Shown: piece by piece, positions 60,458 to 64,000 of the stretch
Position numbering within the stretch: the first letter of the stretch is position 1
Layout: each line of letters starts with the position of its first letter
NCBI GenBank assembly: GCA_963663865.1
Contig: OY760686.1
Span: 1,741,730 to 1,805,729 of the forward strand
Direction: 5' to 3'
Source of the DNA: Spirochaetota bacterium
GTDB taxonomy: Bacteria > Spirochaetota > UBA4802 > UBA5550
Length of the DNA stretch: 64,000 nucleotides
Program-made: the position numbers and the translations under genes
The notes under the pieces: generated by a model
What the model was told of the DNA's origin: nothing
Databases searched by the model: none
What the model saw: only the letters and a program-made list of their open reading frames with translations

Positions 60458-63052
60458 CTATGACAGCTTCCCTTCGTACGCATTAAGGTACATCTGCTTT
60501 ATCTCTGAGATGAGCGGGTACCTCGGGTTCGCACCTGTGCACTGGTCGTCGAACGCGAGCTCGCACATGGTGTCAAGGGTTTCCATGAAAGCTTTCTCAT
60601 CAACTCCGGCTTCTTTAATCGAGAGCGGGATATTGACTTTCTTTTTGAGCTCGTCTATCGCGTCGATAAGTCGCTGGACCTTGTCATCTGCAGTTTTCCC
60701 GCCAAGTCCAAGAAAATCAGCGATTTTCGCGTATCTTTCGCGAGCATTAGGATACTTGTACTGCGGGAAAGATGCCTGTTTGATCGGAGCGTCCGTTGCA
60801 TTGAACTTGATCGTGTGATTGATCAGTATTCCGTTTGCCAGACCGTGGGGCAGGTGGTGTTGAGCTCCGAGCTTGTGTGCCATTGAGTGGCAAACTCCAA
60901 GGAATGCGTTCGCGAAAGCTATTCCCGCGAGAGCTGAAGCGTAGTGCATTTTCTCTCTTGCCTTGAGGTCAGTCGCGCCGTTCTCGTAAGCGGACGGAAG
61001 GTACTTGAAGATCAGCCTCATGGCTTCGAGGGCAATTCCGTTCGTAAAGTCAGACGCGAGAACTGAAACATAGGATTCAATCGCGTGAGTGAGCGCGTCA
61101 ATGCCGGAGAAGGCTGTGAGTCCTTTCGGCATGCTCATTACAAGCTCGGGGTCGATGATCGCCATATTCGGTGTAAGTTCATAGTCGGCAATAGGATACT
61201 TGTGACCGGTTTTCTCGTCGGTAACAACGGCAAACGGTGTCACCTCGCTTCCCGTTCCCGATGTGGTCGGAACGGCAACCATGACGGCCTTCTTGCCCAT
61301 TGTCGGGAACTTGTAGATGCGCTTCCTGATGTCCATAAACCTGAGCGTGAGCCCTTCGAACTTTATGTCCGGATTTTCGTACATGAGCCACATTACCTTT
61401 GCCGCGTCCATTGGCGATCCGCCGCCGAGAGCGATAATAACGTCGGGCTGGAAGACGTTCATGATGGAAAGGCCCCTTGTGACAGTGGCGAGTGTAGGAT
61501 CAGGTTCGACCTCGGCGAATATTTCGAAATCGATATTCAGTGTTTCAAGTACGTTCGTGATCTTGTCGGCGTAACCGAGGTCAAAAAGCGGCTTGTCGGT
61601 AACAATAAACGCTCTCTTCTTGTTTTCAAGCTCCTGAAGAGCGACTGGAAGCGAGCCGTATTTGAAGTATATCTTTGGCGGAACTCTGAACCAGAGCATA
61701 TTTTCTCTCCTTTCTGCGACGGTTTTAATGTTGATAAGGTGTTTAACGCCTACGTTCTCACTGACGCTGTTTCCTCCCCATGATCCGCAGCCGAGTGTCA
61801 GAGAGGGTTCAAGCCTGAAGTTGTAGATGTCACCGATGGCGCCGTGAGATGAAGGCATGTTTATAAGGAGACGCCCCGTCTTAAGCCTCGCGCCGAAGCT
61901 TCTTACCCTGTCCTGGTTTTTCAGCTGGTCGGTGTATAGTACTGATGTGTGGCCCATGCCTCCGAACTCAACGAGCTGTATTGCCTTCTCGACTGCATCT
62001 TCAAAGTTCTTTGCCCTGTAAAGCCCGAGAACTGGAGAGAGTTTTTCATGGGCGAATGATTCCTTATGGCCTATCTCTGAAGCCTCCCCAATGAGCACCT
62101 TGGCGGTTTCTGGGACCTTTATTCCGGAAAGCTTTGCGATTGTAAACGCGCTCTGTCCTACTATGGCAGCGTTCAGCTTTCCGTCCTGAATGATTGTTTT
62201 AGCGACTTTATTCTTTTCTTCTTTGTTGAGGATATATGCTCCGCGTTCCGCGAACTCCTTCTTAACCTCGTCGAAAACGTCATCAACAACAATGACGGTC
62301 TGCTCAGACGCGCAGATTACGCCGTTGTCGAATGTCTTGCTCATCAGGATGCTGTTTACAGCCATTTTCAAGTGAGCTGTTTCGTCGATAATGGCGGGAG
62401 TGTTTCCTGCTCCAACCCCGATGGCGGGCGTCCCTGACGAGTAGGCGGCCTTTACCATGCCGGGGCCTCCGGTTGCAAGGATGAGGTTGATATCATTATG
62501 CCTCATCAGCTGCTGGCTCATCTCTACCGTCGGCTCGTCTATCCAGCCGATAATGTTGTCCGGCGCTCCAGCTTTGTTGGCGGCTTCAAGCACAATCCTG
62601 GCTGCCTCAATGGTGCATCCCTTTGCTCTCGGGTGCGGTGAGAATATGATCGCGTTTCTTGTCTTAAGCGCGAGAAGCGCCTTGAAAATCGCTGTGGATG
62701 TAGGGTTTGTTGTTGGAACTACACCCGCTACGATTCCGATAGGCTCGGCAACCTTCTTGATTCCGAACGAAGGGTCCTCTTCGATGATGCCGCAGGTCTT
62801 GTCGTCCTTGTACTGGTTGTAGATGTACTCGGCGGCAAAGTGGTTCTTGATGACCTTGTCCTCGACGATTCCCATTCCAGTTTCAGCGACGGCCTGTTTC
62901 GCGAGCGATATGCGTGCCTCATTCGCTGCTATGGCCGCTCGCCTGAAAATCTCATCGACCTGTTCCTGTGAAAAAGTTGAATATGTCTTCTGGGCCTCTT
63001 TCACTTTTGCAATGAGCTTTTCAAGCTCTTCGGGGTTTGTTACTCTTGTCAT
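60458..63052 (-). CDS. adhE: Bifunctional acetaldehyde-CoA/alcohol dehydrogenase
   Basis: Full-length AdhE at 864 aa, with an N-terminal ALDH domain and a C-terminal Fe-ADH domain. Confidence 0.95.
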   Translation of the reverse strand: MTRVTNPEELEKLIAKVKEAQKTYSTFSQEQVDEIFRRAAIAANEARISLAKQAVAETGMGIVEDKVIKNHFAAEYIYNQYKDDKTCGIIEEDPSFGIKKVAEPIGIVAGVVPTTNPTSTAIFKALLALKTRNAIIFSPHPRAKGCTIEAARIVLEAANKAGAPDNIIGWIDEPTVEMSQQLMRHNDINLILATGGPGMVKAAYSSGTPAIGVGAGNTPAIIDETAHLKMAVNSILMSKTFDNGVICASEQTVIVVDDVFDEVKKEFAERGAYILNKEEKNKVAKTIIQDGKLNAAIVGQSAFTIAKLSGIKVPETAKVLIGEASEIGHKESFAHEKLSPVLGLYRAKNFEDAVEKAIQLVEFGGMGHTSVLYTDQLKNQDRVRSFGARLKTGRLLINMPSSHGAIGDIYNFRLEPSLTLGCGSWGGNSVSENVGVKHLINIKTVAERRENMLWFRVPPKIYFKYGSLPVALQELENKKRAFIVTDKPLFDLGYADKITNVLETLNIDFEIFAEVEPDPTLATVTRGLSIMNVFQPDVIIALGGGSPMDAAKVMWLMYENPDIKFEGLTLRFMDIRKRIYKFPTMGKKAVMVAVPTTSGTGSEVTPFAVVTDEKTGHKYPIADYELTPNMAIIDPELVMSMPKGLTAFSGIDALTHAIESYVSVLASDFTNGIALEAMRLIFKYLPSAYENGATDLKAREKMHYASALAGIAFANAFLGVCHSMAHKLGAQHHLPHGLANGILINHTIKFNATDAPIKQASFPQYKYPNARERYAKIADFLGLGGKTADDKVQRLIDAIDELKKKVNIPLSIKEAGVDEKAFMETLDTMCELAFDDQCTGANPRYPLISEIKQMYLNAYEGKLS

Positions 63053-63087
63053 GATTTGCTCTCCTTATATTTAATATTGCATGATAG

Positions 63088-63723
63088 CTATTTGATGCTG
63101 TACTGTCTTTCCTGAGCGTTTACGAAATAGATTACTGCCTCCATCTCCATCTCAAGGTTTACATTGGTTATAATGAAGTCTTCAGGCGCCCTCAGCCGGA
63201 TGGGGGCGAAGTTAAGAACACCCTTTATTCCGGCCCGTATCATGACATCAAGGACCGATTGGGCGAAAAGGTCCGGAACCGCTATGATGCCGGTTTTGAT
63301 CCCGTTTTCCCTGATGTATTCTTCCATGTTCTCTACCGGAAGAACAGGCGGCTCCGCGGCGGCGTTGAGCTTTGTCCTGTCATTGTCAAAGACTGCGACA
63401 ATGCTGATGCTCTCGTTCTTAAAGCCCTTGTAGGTCTCCATGGCTTTACCTATATGGCCGTAGCCGGCAAGAACCACCTTTTCTATCTCATTTTTTCCGA
63501 GGATATCGCCAAGTTTATCAAGGAGGTCTTCTATGTTGTAACCGCCCTTTTTGCTGCCTGTAATGTCGAAGAGCGAGAAGTCCTTCCTGACCTGTGACGG
63601 TGTAACTCCGATCGCGTCCGCGAGGTTGTCGGAGAATACCTTTTTGAATCCAAGTGTCCTCAGCCTCGACAGGGCCTTTCTGTATCTCGAAAGCCTCAAA
63701 ATGCAGTTGCGGTTAGTCAGCAT
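63088..63723 (-). CDS. rex: Redox-sensing transcriptional repressor Rex
   Basis: 'ILRLSRYRKALSRLRTLGFKKVFSDNLADAIGVTPSQVRKDFS' winged helix plus a Rossmann NADH domain 'VVLAGYGHIGKAM'. The likely start is MLTNRN; the ORF track extends to 63768. Confidence 0.85.
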   Translation of the reverse strand: MLTNRNCILRLSRYRKALSRLRTLGFKKVFSDNLADAIGVTPSQVRKDFSLFDITGSKKGGYNIEDLLDKLGDILGKNEIEKVVLAGYGHIGKAMETYKGFKNESISIVAVFDNDRTKLNAAAEPPVLPVENMEEYIRENGIKTGIIAVPDLFAQSVLDVMIRAGIKGVLNFAPIRLRAPEDFIITNVNLEMEMEAVIYFVNAQERQYSIK

Positions 63724-63944
63724 GTTTATCGCTCCTCTCTTATGTGTTAATGTACCAATACTTTTCATAGATGAGTTTGGTCAAGCATATAAAGTTCATA
63801 AAAACACAAATAATGTGAAAAATATAACATAATATGTTACAATAAATCTAAAATATGGGCAAATTGTGATATAAATAGACAATATAAGCGTATATGTTTA
63901 GATGTGAGGGTGTTAGTCGCGGCTGTCGGAAGAACAGTCTTTAT

Positions 63945-63981
63945 TGCAAAAAAGACACCCTGCTTTAGACAGGGTGTCTCG
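63945..63981 (-). terminator. Rho-independent terminator for a gene beyond the window end
   Basis: GACACCCTG-loop-CAGGGTGTC with a T6 run on the minus strand. Confidence 0.4.
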
Positions 63982-64000
63982 ATTCATACAAGCTTTGCGA

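Noticed and set aside
1-64000. Searched for CRISPR arrays, transposase/integrase genes, phage structural genes, reverse transcriptases and toxin-antitoxin pairs.
   Set aside because: No direct-repeat arrays and no recognisable mobile-element or defence-system proteins were found. The window contains no identifiable mobile element.

Overview
A 64-kb chromosomal window, about 47-50% GC by eye, from what appears to be a flagellated, diderm, fermentative anaerobe. The diderm call rests on the L-ring protein FlgH, beta-barrel OMPs and an RND pump. The fermentative call rests on rex-adhE and ldhA. The phylum is uncertain. The gene content (MORN-repeat, FGE-domain, HD-GYP, LCP and rod-binding-only FlgJ proteins) is compatible with Spirochaetota or a candidate phylum. 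Many starts are TTG/GTG with 4-nt overlaps, which indicates translationally coupled operons. Most of the window is core metabolism and envelope: cysE (partial), rlmN, PBP1A, M23 peptidase, prfB, purC, gatB, proA-nadD-LCP-rsfS, htrA, purT and rex-adhE. There is a flagellar rod/ring cluster, flgG-flgA-flgH-flgI-flgJ(rod-binding only)-spoIID/lytB. An MCP, fliS, tRNA-Thr(CGT) and tRNA-His(GTG) are also present. No transposases, integrases, CRISPR arrays or phage genes were seen. Three regions deserve a second look. (1) A tightly coupled roughly 7.5-kb operon at 3.6-11.1 kb. It has OppA/B/C-like importer parts with no ATPase genes, fused to a lipoprotein, an atypical GHKL-ATPase/receiver protein, a PPP phosphatase and a secreted FGE-domain protein. 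A 7-8-TM PP2C-TPR phosphatase follows. Together this looks like an undescribed phospho-signalling module. (2) An RND efflux permease is translationally coupled to an orphan ABC ATPase and a secreted protein, with no adaptor or outer-membrane partner. (3) An AT-richer segment next to tRNA-His carries a B12-radical-SAM enzyme with a candidate Cys-rich 28-aa precursor ORF, a GH13 glucosidase, a multi-TM AraC regulator and an 838-aa FG-GAP lipoprotein. All calls are from reading the translations and sequence by eye. No database search or computation was run.
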